Part shown: piece by piece, positions 8,439 through 17,774 of the stretch | How positions within the stretch are numbered: position 1 is the first letter of the stretch | Layout: each line of letters begins with the position of its first letter | NCBI GenBank assembly: GCA_964474085.1 | Contig: CAYYRJ010000009.1 | Coordinates: forward strand, 13,570 to 77,569 | DNA length: 64,000 bases | Direction of reading: 5' to 3' | Source: an uncultured Planctomycetales bacterium | Lineage (GTDB): Bacteria > Omnitrophota > Gorgyraeia > Zapsychrales > JANLHA01 | Notes under the pieces: model-generated | What the model was told of the DNA's origin: nothing | What the model saw: only the letters and a program-made list of their open reading frames with translations | Database searches by the model: none | Program-made: the position numbers and the translations under genes

Positions 8439-9758
8439 CTAAACTGCGCCGCGGCCGATACCAAAATATTCAAATCCCAAATCAACCAAATTGTCATTTT
8501 TATATAAATTGCGTCCATCAAAAATCATCGGCTGGCGCATCAAGTTTTTCAGACGTTTAAAATCGACCTGACGAAACTCTTCCCATTCCGTTAAAACAAC
8601 CAAACAATCAACACCCTTAGCCGTGGCATAAACATCCTTGCAAAAACTGATGTCTTTAAAAATCTTTTTTGCATTCTCGATAGCCTGTGGATCATAGGCC
8701 TTTATCTTGGCCCCTTCAGCCTGCAGGCGCGCAAGGATATCCACCGATGGAGCATTGCGCATATCATCTGTGTTAGGTTTAAAAGCCAACCCCAAAACAC
8801 CAATTGTTTTGCCTTTGATGATCCACAATTTATCTTCAATCAAGCGCACAAAAGCAGCCTTTTGTTCTTCATTCGTCGTGCGGACTGCTTTTAAAAGATT
8901 AAAGTCATATCCGCTTTTTTCGCTCAAACGGATAAACGCATCAACATCTTTGGGAAAACAGCTGCCGCCAAAACCAATTCCGGCATTAAGAAAACTAGCT
9001 CCAATCCTCTTGTCATACCCCATCCCTTCGGTCACTTTAAGAATATCGGCACCGACCTTGTCACAAATCTGGGACAAAGCATTTGCAAAAGAAATCTTCG
9101 TCGCTAAAAAAGAATTGGACGCATGCTTGATGATTTCGGCAGAGGTGATGTTGGTCACAACAATACGCGTCTTAAGCGGTTTATAAATTTCTTTCAAAAG
9201 CTCTTCAGCTTTTTTGGACTCGACCCCAATGACCACGCGATCCGGGTTCATAAAATCTGCAATCGCCGAACCTTCGCGCAAAAATTCCGGGTTGGAAGCC
9301 ACATCAAAAGAAAATTTGTGTCCACGCTGCTTAAATTGTTTTGGCAAATTCATTTCGATCGTATGCTCAATGCGCTTGCCGGTTTCCGCCGGGACAGTAG
9401 ACTTTTCAACGATCAGTTTATACGAGTCCATGCTGACCGCAATCTGACGGGCGACATTCTCGACATAAGTCAAATCCGCATCCCCGTTTTTTTTCGACGG
9501 CGTTCCAACAGCAATAAAAATCACCTGCGAACGCTTTGTCGCATCTTTGATTGTTGGGCAGAAAAAAAGTTTTTTCTTTTTTATCTGCTTGGTCATCAGC
9601 TCCTGAAGACCCGGCTCGTAAATTGTGGCAATCCCTTTTCGCAATTTTCTTAATTTTTCAAGATCATTGTCAACACAATAAACGGTGTGTCCAATCGCCG
9701 AAAGACATACGCCTGTGACTAACCCAACATACCCTGTCCCGACAATCCCGATATTCAT
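8439..9758 (-). CDS. ugd: UDP-glucose 6-dehydrogenase
   Basis: MNIGIVGTGYVGLVTG..., GFGGSCFPKD catalytic Cys motif, 439 aa. Confidence 0.85.
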   Translation of the reverse strand: MNIGIVGTGYVGLVTGVCLSAIGHTVYCVDNDLEKLRKLRKGIATIYEPGLQELMTKQIKKKKLFFCPTIKDATKRSQVIFIAVGTPSKKNGDADLTYVENVARQIAVSMDSYKLIVEKSTVPAETGKRIEHTIEMNLPKQFKQRGHKFSFDVASNPEFLREGSAIADFMNPDRVVIGVESKKAEELLKEIYKPLKTRIVVTNITSAEIIKHASNSFLATKISFANALSQICDKVGADILKVTEGMGYDKRIGASFLNAGIGFGGSCFPKDVDAFIRLSEKSGYDFNLLKAVRTTNEEQKAAFVRLIEDKLWIIKGKTIGVLGLAFKPNTDDMRNAPSVDILARLQAEGAKIKAYDPQAIENAKKIFKDISFCKDVYATAKGVDCLVVLTEWEEFRQVDFKRLKNLMRQPMIFDGRNLYKNDNLVDLGFEYFGIGRGAV

Positions 9759-9785
9759 ATTTCTTTCCTTTCTAAGAATTGCCGC

Positions 9786-11891
9786 TTATCGCAACCCTGT
9801 CCCGGCTTTGACGCGGTTAAACCCTGAATTAAAATCAATGGCGACATCCGGAAATTCTTTAAGCGTAAAAACAAGCCAGATCGCATCTCCCTCAGTGGCC
9901 TTGTGATTAAAACTTAACTTCATATCCCATTCGTGAAGATCCCGAACAATCGCATACTGCTGCTCCTTATTGTGTCCGCGGTCTTCATCCCAACGCTGAT
10001 AAATTTCGAAATACCACTTTTGATTAATCCGGTAATTTAATTGACTGGTAATCTGATCATCCACCGCACGGTCAAAACGCTTGCCAAAGCTCAAAGACCA
10101 TTTATTCCCGGGATCATTAAAATAAATATCAAAATTCGAAGAACTGATGTGGTCTTTAATTGTGTCATAATTCGTCTCCGCATAAAACGTCACCCATTTA
10201 TTAGGCTTCAAATCCGTCTTAGTCGTCACATTATTAAAGCCGCCTTTGCGCCTATCTTCCTTAAGATAAAAATCCGACGAGACTAACACCCGCGCAAGAT
10301 CAGCGCTTTTGCCGTTGCGCTTTGTCTGCAGCTTGTTTTCAAAGCCAAACGTCATCCCATGACTGCGCGTTAAACTGTCGATGGCATCAAATTGCACCAG
10401 CTTGGAGGATTCAATGCTCGGGTCGTGCGTATAAAAATAAGCCACCGACGGAGTAATCACATGGCGCAAACGATTAATGTCCAAATTCAAGAAATTCGTT
10501 TTTACATCATACACGCGGAAAAATTTTGTGCTGACATTCGCGCCGGTCTTAAAAATCCCGCGCACCGTATTGTTGTCCGTTTTATCAAGCGTCTTTGAAT
10601 AAAACGTTTGCTCTCCGCCGACAAAAGGACGAATCTCAAAGAATTTAATTTTAAACGGATACGAAATCTCATTGTCCGTGTCAAAACGCATTGTTTCATA
10701 ACGATGCGCACTGGGAACAGGCTCAAGTTTGGCAAGATTTGAATAAGTCGTATTATTTTTCCAATAAAAACCGCTCTCCAAAATTTTGCGGCCCGGCAAA
10801 AGATAATTGATTTCCGGCAAACGGTCAATAGCCGACGTAAAACGATTCACACGAACATCAGCTCGCAAACTCATTGTTCCGGCTTTCGAAAAACCACGCG
10901 TCAGAAGAAAATACGTCGGCGGGTTCGTGTCCTGATCATACTCTCTTTTAAAAAAATCTTTTAAAAATTCAGCATCGCTGATTTTGTAATACTGCCAAAT
11001 AGCATGCGTGGATTTGTCAATGTTCCATTTATTGCGCCACTCGCCCTTAAAACGTTCCTTCTCGATGATCGGAGTGCCGTTCTCCTTGTTAAAATCAAAA
11101 AAGAACTTCCTGTCACTCAAACGTTCTTGGGTATAATAAATTTTCATAAACCCGTTTCCAAACCGCGTGTCATTATAGTTAAAATCCGCGCCTTCCCCAA
11201 AACCTCGTCGACTGCGATTGTCAAGATGCAAAACGGTGTTCACATGATCGTTCCAGTAATGGCGCCATTTCGTAAGCACAAAAGCGCCCCAATCCTTCGA
11301 ATACCCCGGCGTAATAATAAACATCGGCTCTTTGTGTTTTAAGTCCTGCGTATAGCGCGGCAGAAAAAAAACCGGGACTTTTCCAAAGACGATTGACAAG
11401 TTGCGCGCGGTCGCTTTGTCGCCCTGAAAAATATCGACCTTCCGCGAACGCAGCTTAAAATGCGGATGGTCCAAATCGCACGTCGTGATATATCCGTCTT
11501 TAAGAATAATATGATTTTCGCCTTCTTTCGAAATTTGTCGGCCGGCGCCATAAAAAGGGTCTGAGGTGACATGTGCCTGGACAAAATCACCTTTCATCGT
11601 CGCAAAATTATAAATCAATTTTTCGCCGGTTAACCGTGAACCATCGCGCAAAAGAACAACATGCCCCTGAGCTATCCCAATATTTTGCGAGCGGTCAAAT
11701 TCCAAAGAGTCACACGACAGCGTCACGCCATCCCGCTTGACAACGACATTGCCGGTTGCGGTTACTTTTGTGTCGGTGACAGAATACTGCATCTGGTCCC
11801 CATTGATTTCGACAGGGGTTGCTTGCTCTTGGGCAAAGCCTGGCATCACAAAGACGAGGGAAAAATAAAAAATTAAAAAAATACGTTTCAT
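9786..11891 (-). CDS. lptD: LPS-assembly outer-membrane protein LptD (OstA family)
   Basis: Signal peptide, N-terminal OstA-like domain (GNVVVKRDGVTLSCDSLEFD...GHVVLLRDGSRLTGEKLIYN) and a long C-terminal beta-barrel-like region. 701 aa. Confidence 0.7.
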   Translation of the reverse strand: MKRIFLIFYFSLVFVMPGFAQEQATPVEINGDQMQYSVTDTKVTATGNVVVKRDGVTLSCDSLEFDRSQNIGIAQGHVVLLRDGSRLTGEKLIYNFATMKGDFVQAHVTSDPFYGAGRQISKEGENHIILKDGYITTCDLDHPHFKLRSRKVDIFQGDKATARNLSIVFGKVPVFFLPRYTQDLKHKEPMFIITPGYSKDWGAFVLTKWRHYWNDHVNTVLHLDNRSRRGFGEGADFNYNDTRFGNGFMKIYYTQERLSDRKFFFDFNKENGTPIIEKERFKGEWRNKWNIDKSTHAIWQYYKISDAEFLKDFFKREYDQDTNPPTYFLLTRGFSKAGTMSLRADVRVNRFTSAIDRLPEINYLLPGRKILESGFYWKNNTTYSNLAKLEPVPSAHRYETMRFDTDNEISYPFKIKFFEIRPFVGGEQTFYSKTLDKTDNNTVRGIFKTGANVSTKFFRVYDVKTNFLNLDINRLRHVITPSVAYFYTHDPSIESSKLVQFDAIDSLTRSHGMTFGFENKLQTKRNGKSADLARVLVSSDFYLKEDRRKGGFNNVTTKTDLKPNKWVTFYAETNYDTIKDHISSSNFDIYFNDPGNKWSLSFGKRFDRAVDDQITSQLNYRINQKWYFEIYQRWDEDRGHNKEQQYAIVRDLHEWDMKLSFNHKATEGDAIWLVFTLKEFPDVAIDFNSGFNRVKAGTGLR

Positions 11892-12823
11892 CTGTTTTTT
11901 TCTACGCCTTGACTTAACAAAACCTGCGCACCGATAATGCCTGCATCATCCCCGAGTTTGGCGCAAACGATTTTGACCATCTTCGCCTGCACTTTCATCG
12001 CCCGTTTTTGTATGACCGCATTGATCGTCGAAAAAAGAAACCGGCGATTATTTGAAACCCCGCCGCCGATAATAATCAAAGGCGGATTCAACAAATTCAC
12101 AACTCCCACCAAACCATTGCCGATATGCGTCGCTGTTTCTTCAAAAAACTTGAGCGCCCTTTTATCTTTCTTCAGAGCCAAAGCATAAACGTCCGGGATC
12201 GTTAAAGTTTTATCGCCAAAAATTGCCGCGATTTTTTCTAAAAGTGGACCATTGCCCACGTAACGTTCAAAACATCCATACCCGCCGCAATTGCAGGAGG
12301 GCCCCTCTTCATTAATCGGCATATGCCCAATTTCGCCGGCCACAAACCCTTCTCCCCGATACATTTTACCGCCTAAAATAAGTCCGCCGCCGACTCCCGT
12401 CCCTAAAGTCATACACAAAAGATCATTTTTTCCGATCCCCGCGCCAAACTTCCATTCGCCTAACGTAATCATGTTGACATCATTTTCCAGAACTGTCGGC
12501 TTATGAAATTCTTTTTCAAAAATTTTGCGCAAATAAATATTTTTCCATCCCGGGACATTCGGCAAAAAAATAACAAGGCCTTTGAAAGGATCGACCGCCC
12601 CGGGAAGGCCGATGCCAATGCCCGAAATTTGAGAGTAAGTTATTTGAGCGTCTTTGAGTAATGTATGGATATAAGTGAAGATGGCCGAAATAAGCTGCTG
12701 TGGATTACGATTGTAAGGCTTTGTGGGCATGACACTTCGCGCTAAAATCTTGCCTCTGGCATCAACGATACCAAGCTTAACGTTTGTTCCGCCAACATCG
12801 ATGCCTAAACTTAAATTTTTCAT
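11888..12823 (-). CDS. ROK-family sugar kinase (glucokinase / N-acetylglucosamine kinase-like)
   Basis: LGIDVGGTNVKLGIV N-terminus and the CNCGGYGCFERY zinc motif of ROK kinases. Confidence 0.75.
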   Translation of the reverse strand: MKNLSLGIDVGGTNVKLGIVDARGKILARSVMPTKPYNRNPQQLISAIFTYIHTLLKDAQITYSQISGIGIGLPGAVDPFKGLVIFLPNVPGWKNIYLRKIFEKEFHKPTVLENDVNMITLGEWKFGAGIGKNDLLCMTLGTGVGGGLILGGKMYRGEGFVAGEIGHMPINEEGPSCNCGGYGCFERYVGNGPLLEKIAAIFGDKTLTIPDVYALALKKDKRALKFFEETATHIGNGLVGVVNLLNPPLIIIGGGVSNNRRFLFSTINAVIQKRAMKVQAKMVKIVCAKLGDDAGIIGAQVLLSQGVEKNR

Positions 12824-12842
12824 GTCCCGTCCTATATTATCA

Positions 12843-12923
12843 GCCGATGCAGTCGTCCTTTTAAGGCGAATAGCGCCATAGAGGCGCCAAGCAATTGAGC
12901 CGAAAAAGGACGATTGCGTCGGC
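12843..12923. repeat. Family-2 structured repeat, copy a
   Basis: Core ttttaaggcgaatagcgccatagaggcgccaagcaattgagccgaaaaa enclosed by a roughly 21-bp stem gccgatgcagtcgtccttttt / aaaaaggacgattgcgtcggc with two G-T mismatches. Confidence 0.8.
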
Positions 12924-12936
12924 TAAACAATCATCT

Positions 12937-13060
12937 AGAGCGGCCCTTTGGGCCCTACGGTTTTGCGTAGGCCAAGCAGAAGCTTGGCTAATGCAAAATC
13001 CGGGTTGATTCTAACCTAAACGACAGGGGCTTTCAAGCTGATTAACCCGGATTTTGCATT
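12937..13060. repeat. Partial family-1 copy (3' module) with its own closing inverted repeat
   Basis: gcggccctttgggc...ggccaagcagaagcttggctaatgcaaaatccgggtt matches the 3' third of family 1. It is followed by aacccggattttgcatta, the exact complement of taatgcaaaatccgggtt. Confidence 0.7.
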
Positions 13061-13094
13061 AAAAAATGAAATACAAAATTTGGGATTAAAGCGA

Positions 13095-14111
13095 TTATTT
13101 GCCATAAACCCCAAAAGCACAAACCCGGTTGCGCCCGCCCTTTTTGGCGCGATACAAAGCCCAATCCGCTTTATCGATAAGTTCATTGACTTTTTTGCCG
13201 TCCTGCGGATAAACCGCAATCCCGATGCTGACGGTTGCCTTAGTCGACGTGTCAAATGCTTTGATCGTTGCCTGTTCAACGGCGAAACGGATACGCTCTG
13301 CAACACTCCCTGCAGAGACAAAATCCGTATCCGGCAACACAACGCAAAATTCCTCTCCGCCAAAGCGGCCGATAATATCAATTTCACGAATATTCGCTTT
13401 AATGATGGAAGCGATTTCCCGCAAAATCTGATCTCCCGTCAAATGCCCGTACTGATCATTAAAATGTTTAAAAAAATCAACGTCCACCATCAAAAACGCC
13501 ATGTGCGTCTTGTAAATCTGCGCTCGATTGCGCTCCTCTTCAAAGCGTTCGAGGACATACCGACGAGTATGAACCTCCGTCAAACTGTCGGTGATCGCAA
13601 GCCGTTCAATGTCTTGATAAAGCCGCACACGCCGAAGCGCCAAAGCAAATTGATTGGCCAAAATCACAACTTTTTCCTGTTGGCTTTCAGCCACATCACT
13701 TAAAGCCAAAACTCCAAGCTTGCGTCGCTGACCGCTCAAAGTCAGAAGCAGATACCCTCCCAGTTCTTTGTCCTTAATTTGCTCTTGCGCCAGCGGGTCG
13801 AGCAAGAGGCAATCGCCAAAATGCACACTTTCTCGGAGCTTGACTTTAAAGGCATAAAAAGTTTTTTCTTCCGAAAAACTTTTGGTCATCTCGCGCGTCA
13901 GATCATAAAGCGTAAAAATTTCTGCAACTTCGGTTTCCAAAACTTTTCGCCGCTCATCCAAACCTTTTTTGATCCGCAACAATTCTTCATGCTGGCTCTT
14001 AAAAAGCACAAGAGCATCCGTTTCTCGCCGTAAGATGTTTGCAATCGCCCAGCGCACGACAAAAATCACCACGGCTGTAAAAACAAAAAGTAAACTCACC
14101 ATAAAAATCAT
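13095..14111 (-). CDS. Diguanylate cyclase (GGDEF domain) with N-terminal TM and coiled-coil region
   Basis: RFGGEEFCVVLPDT GG(D/E)EF active-site motif and RYVLERFEEE upstream motifs. Confidence 0.8.
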   Translation of the reverse strand: MIFMVSLLFVFTAVVIFVVRWAIANILRRETDALVLFKSQHEELLRIKKGLDERRKVLETEVAEIFTLYDLTREMTKSFSEEKTFYAFKVKLRESVHFGDCLLLDPLAQEQIKDKELGGYLLLTLSGQRRKLGVLALSDVAESQQEKVVILANQFALALRRVRLYQDIERLAITDSLTEVHTRRYVLERFEEERNRAQIYKTHMAFLMVDVDFFKHFNDQYGHLTGDQILREIASIIKANIREIDIIGRFGGEEFCVVLPDTDFVSAGSVAERIRFAVEQATIKAFDTSTKATVSIGIAVYPQDGKKVNELIDKADWALYRAKKGGRNRVCAFGVYGK

Positions 14112-14117
14112 TTTATT

Positions 14118-15419
14118 CTATGCCTCTTTGGCAAAAACAACCTGATTGCGGCCGGATGCCTTGGCCTCATAAAGCGCCGCGTCCGCTTTCTGGACAAGAT
14201 CTTCTTTGGTATGCGCATCAACGGGGAAAGACGCAACTCCCAGAGAAACCGTAATGTTCGTTTTTTCGCGGCGCAAAATAATCGTTTGTGCCGCAATTCG
14301 TTTGCGGACCTCTTCAGCCAATTGGCCAGCTCTTCGCTTGGAACAATCCGGCAAAAGCACGCAAAACTCTTCCCCGCCATAACGGCAAACAATTTCTCCC
14401 GGCGCGCTAAACATATCCAAAAGAATAAGCGCAATGGTCTTAAGGACAATGTCCCCGGCGGTATGCCCAAAGCGATCATTGTATTTTTTAAAATAATCCA
14501 AATCGATCATCAGAAAAGACAACTGGCTTTCACTTCGCAAATGCCGGCTGATTTCAGCGTTTAACCGCTCAAGCAAATGCCGGCGCAAATACAAACCCGT
14601 CAAACTATCGCGGATCGCCAAATCCTCAACACGTTCATAAAGCTGCGCATTTTCTAAAGCGACCGCGCCAATGGCCCCGACCGTATTTAAAAAACGCAAA
14701 TCTTCCGTCGAAAAATGATGCTCGCTGTTACTATCGACCCGCAGCAATCCTACCGTCATTTCTCCGACGGACAATGGGACACTCATCAGGGAACGCACGT
14801 CCCGATGGTCCTGCGTTTGGACCTGCTGGGCATCAAAACGAAAATCGGTCTTTGTGTCTTCGATAAAAAGCGGTTTTAAGTTTTTGACCACCCATTGATC
14901 ATAGCTATCGCCTCTTTTGGCCTTGAGATTTAACGGCTCTTGATTGCGCAAGGACGCACCGATAGCCAGCTGGCGGTTGTTATTATTAAAAAAATAGACA
15001 ATAACCGTCATCTGCGGGTGTTTATAAACGCCATTAACTTCACTGGCAATCATTTGAGCGGTATCCGCAAGCGTAAAAGAGGCGCAGAGTTTTTCGGTCA
15101 GATTTTTTAGCAAGGCATAATTCGTAATCTTAATTTGCAAAGCATTATTAGCTTGCCGTTTCTGGACAATGTCCGCCTGCAAAAGATTAAGCCGCTCTTC
15201 GCATTCGCCGCGCTCTAAAGCAACAAGCATTTGACGGTTTGACAGAGAAATATACGAATAGACAAGATACCCGACGATAATCGATAAAGAAAATGCCAGA
15301 AAAATAAAAAACCGGGAGGCAAAATACCCTGCATAAAAAAAGAATCCAACGAGCGAAAACAACAACAGAATTATAAAAAAATGGGGTGATTGAGCGATTC
15401 GGCAAATTAATTTTTTCAT
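14118..15419 (-). CDS. Membrane-anchored GAF-GGDEF diguanylate cyclase
   Basis: Two N-terminal TM helices, a GAF-like middle region, and the RYGGEEFCVLLPDC GGDEF motif. Confidence 0.8.
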   Translation of the reverse strand: MKKLICRIAQSPHFFIILLLFSLVGFFFYAGYFASRFFIFLAFSLSIIVGYLVYSYISLSNRQMLVALERGECEERLNLLQADIVQKRQANNALQIKITNYALLKNLTEKLCASFTLADTAQMIASEVNGVYKHPQMTVIVYFFNNNNRQLAIGASLRNQEPLNLKAKRGDSYDQWVVKNLKPLFIEDTKTDFRFDAQQVQTQDHRDVRSLMSVPLSVGEMTVGLLRVDSNSEHHFSTEDLRFLNTVGAIGAVALENAQLYERVEDLAIRDSLTGLYLRRHLLERLNAEISRHLRSESQLSFLMIDLDYFKKYNDRFGHTAGDIVLKTIALILLDMFSAPGEIVCRYGGEEFCVLLPDCSKRRAGQLAEEVRKRIAAQTIILRREKTNITVSLGVASFPVDAHTKEDLVQKADAALYEAKASGRNQVVFAKEA

Positions 15420-15461
15420 TTTTTTCTCGTTAAATCACAAAAGCATCCCGTGCCTTAAGAA

Positions 15462-15690
15462 ATAAGGTTTAAAAAAAGACCCGTATTTTAACCCGGCTTT
15501 TGCATTAGCCTCGCTCCAACGAGGCCAAGCAAAAGCCGCCCAAAGGGCCGCATGTCTCGACACCGTCGAGACGTGCGGGGTTAACCTTGTCCCTGCGGGA
15601 CAACCAAAGGCAAATTTTGCATTTCCATTTTTGTGCGCGACGGATCGTCGCGCACAAGGTTGTAATGCAAAATTTGGGTTTAAGAGCGAG
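15462..15690. repeat. Family-1 structured repeat, copy B (inverted relative to copy A)
   Basis: Its reverse complement aligns to 163-360 at about 89%. Substitutions in the nested stem are compensatory: cggCttttgc/gcaaaaGccg versus cggAttttgc/gcaaaaTccg, and gcctcg/cgaggc versus gccaagc/gcttggc. Confidence 0.8.
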
Positions 15691-15698
15691 ATTAAAAA

Positions 15699-16802
15699 TC
15701 AGACAATCGTGTTTTCGGTCTTCTTGTCAAAAAAGTGGGCCTTGCTCATGTCCAGGACAAGGTCCATGTCGCGGTTAATTTCAGGACGGTCATGTGCATC
15801 AACGCGGGCAATAAAAGTATGTCGGCCGGTATTTAAATGAACCAGCACCTCAGAACCCATCGGCTCGACAACCTCGCAGGTGGCCACAATCGTATTTTCG
15901 GCCGTCGCCTGGGAAACAAAAAGCTTATCGTAAATATCCTGCGCCCGGATGCCAAAAACAATTTCTTTTCCTTCATAAGCGCTTATCTTTTTATACATAT
16001 CCTCGACGATCTTAACCTGAAACCGGCCTTCGTCAAAATAATATTTCCCGTCTTTGCTAATAATCCGGCCTTCCATAAAATTCATGGGGACTGACCCGAT
16101 AAAGCCCGCAACAAATTTATTCGCCGGCCGATCATAAGTAACAATCGGGTCAGCACATTGCAAAATCCGTCCGTCTTTCATCACCGCAATCCGATCGCCT
16201 AAGGTCATGGCTTCCGTCTGGTCATGCGTGACATAAATAAAAGTTGTTTGCAGCCGCAGACGCAGCTTATGAATCTCACTGCGCATTTGCACGCGCATTT
16301 TAGCGTCAAGATTGCTCAAAGGTTCGTCAAAAAGAAACACGCAAGGTTTTCGTACGATCGCGCGGCCTAAAGCCACCCGCTGATGTTCCCCGCCGGAAAT
16401 CTCACGCGGACGACGGTCCAAATATTTTTTAATTCCAAGGATCTCTGCAACTTCGTTGACCCGTCGGGTAATTTCTGCTTTCGGCAATTTACGAAGCTTA
16501 AGACCAAAAGCCATGTTTTCAAAAACCGTCATGTGCGGATAAAGCGCGTAATTCTGAAAGACCATGGCAATATTACGGTCTTTAGGGGGGACGTGATTAA
16601 CACAGCGATCACCGATCCAAATCTCGCCGGATGTCGCTTGTTCTAAACCGGCAATCATTCGCAAGGTCGTGGACTTGCCGCAACCTGAGGGGCCGACTAA
16701 AACCAAAAATTCTTTTTTTTCAATCGTAAAACTGACATTGTCGACGGCCAGAGATCCGCTGGGATAAAGCTTGCTGACATTCTTTAGACTGATCTGCACC
16801 AT
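15699..16802 (-). CDS. ABC transporter ATP-binding protein, MalK/UgpC/MsmK-like sugar-import ATPase
   Basis: Walker A GPSGCGKST, signature ISGGEHQRVAL, Walker B FLFDEPLSNLD, and a C-terminal TOBE-like domain. No adjacent permease or SBP. Confidence 0.85.
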   Translation of the reverse strand: MVQISLKNVSKLYPSGSLAVDNVSFTIEKKEFLVLVGPSGCGKSTTLRMIAGLEQATSGEIWIGDRCVNHVPPKDRNIAMVFQNYALYPHMTVFENMAFGLKLRKLPKAEITRRVNEVAEILGIKKYLDRRPREISGGEHQRVALGRAIVRKPCVFLFDEPLSNLDAKMRVQMRSEIHKLRLRLQTTFIYVTHDQTEAMTLGDRIAVMKDGRILQCADPIVTYDRPANKFVAGFIGSVPMNFMEGRIISKDGKYYFDEGRFQVKIVEDMYKKISAYEGKEIVFGIRAQDIYDKLFVSQATAENTIVATCEVVEPMGSEVLVHLNTGRHTFIARVDAHDRPEINRDMDLVLDMSKAHFFDKKTENTIV

Positions 16803-16811
16803 AATGTAAGC

Positions 16812-17753
16812 TTATACGCCCAAAAGCGCACGGATCGTGGTTCGGGCCGTATCCATGATGCCCTTTGATTTGGTGTAAAGCTTGTCGTATTCATTACTAA
16901 AAACGATATATTCCTGCTCAAACTCTTTGTCGCTTTGGGTGTCGAGCTTTTTAGGTTCCTTGATCTCCCGCCACAACAAAGAGAGCATCCGCTCAATACG
17001 CTCAATCTGGTCAATGCATCCTCTGTAATGCCGAAAAGATTTGCTGTCAGAAAGCGTCCCTAAAAAAGTTTTGGAAATATCATATCGCCATTTGGCTTCT
17101 TGATAATTCCACGAGCGAATCAAAAAATTCAACGTCTGCTCGTAAGCAAAATTCCTGTTTTTGATAATAAGCTCACGCAAAACCGAAGTCTTGATATTCA
17201 AAAATTCAGATCGCGCCCGATTAAGCGGAAAAGACCGGATACTTTTTGATATCTCGGGAAACCAATTGGCCAAAAGCGAATATGTCCCATACGTATCGAC
17301 AAGACTTTTAGCGCTGTATTGATTACCGGTACGAAAATCCCCGATGACAATGTCCGCGCTTGTCGTTTTGATAAACTCGGTCAAATTGCTATAAAACTCA
17401 ACGTCCTGCTCGACATAATCGATATCGCCGGGGATCTGGACGATCCGATCCGCTTCAGGATAATTATCAAGAATATGTCCCCAGCCGGCTAACCAGCTCT
17501 GACAGGTGTCGACCGACCAAGTTTGCACAACCTCCAAACTCGGATATCTTGGGTCCTTGATAAACGAGACCGCATCCTGCCGAATAATCGTATCCCGCGG
17601 GATAACGACAATCGGTTTAGGATCAATTTCCTTGCAACGATCCACGGTCCACCAAAAATACCACTCGCACTTTTTATTATTCTCATATCCCATATAGGGA
17701 AAAATAATGAGCGGTTTTGAATTTATAGCTTTCGCAACAGGTGGTTTACTCAT
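16812..17753 (-). CDS. Hypothetical protein, 313 aa; no function assignable
   Basis: ORF with no motif I can assign with confidence. Lies between the ABC ATPase and a GPH symporter, suggesting a role in sugar or compatible-solute handling. Confidence 0.4.
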   Translation of the reverse strand: MSKPPVAKAINSKPLIIFPYMGYENNKKCEWYFWWTVDRCKEIDPKPIVVIPRDTIIRQDAVSFIKDPRYPSLEVVQTWSVDTCQSWLAGWGHILDNYPEADRIVQIPGDIDYVEQDVEFYSNLTEFIKTTSADIVIGDFRTGNQYSAKSLVDTYGTYSLLANWFPEISKSIRSFPLNRARSEFLNIKTSVLRELIIKNRNFAYEQTLNFLIRSWNYQEAKWRYDISKTFLGTLSDSKSFRHYRGCIDQIERIERMLSLLWREIKEPKKLDTQSDKEFEQEYIVFSNEYDKLYTKSKGIMDTARTTIRALLGV

Positions 17754-17774
17754 ATTTTAAACCCCAGCAAGTTG

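Noticed and set aside
163-15690. Family-1 copies as template/variable repeats of a diversity-generating retroelement
   Set aside because: Mismatches between copies are not confined to adenine positions, no reverse transcriptase is nearby, and neither copy lies in a coding C-terminus.
15587-15840. ORFs 15587..15778 (+) and 15631..15840 (+)
   Set aside because: They lie inside family-1 copy B and on the antisense strand of the ABC ATPase gene. They are artefacts of the repeat sequence.
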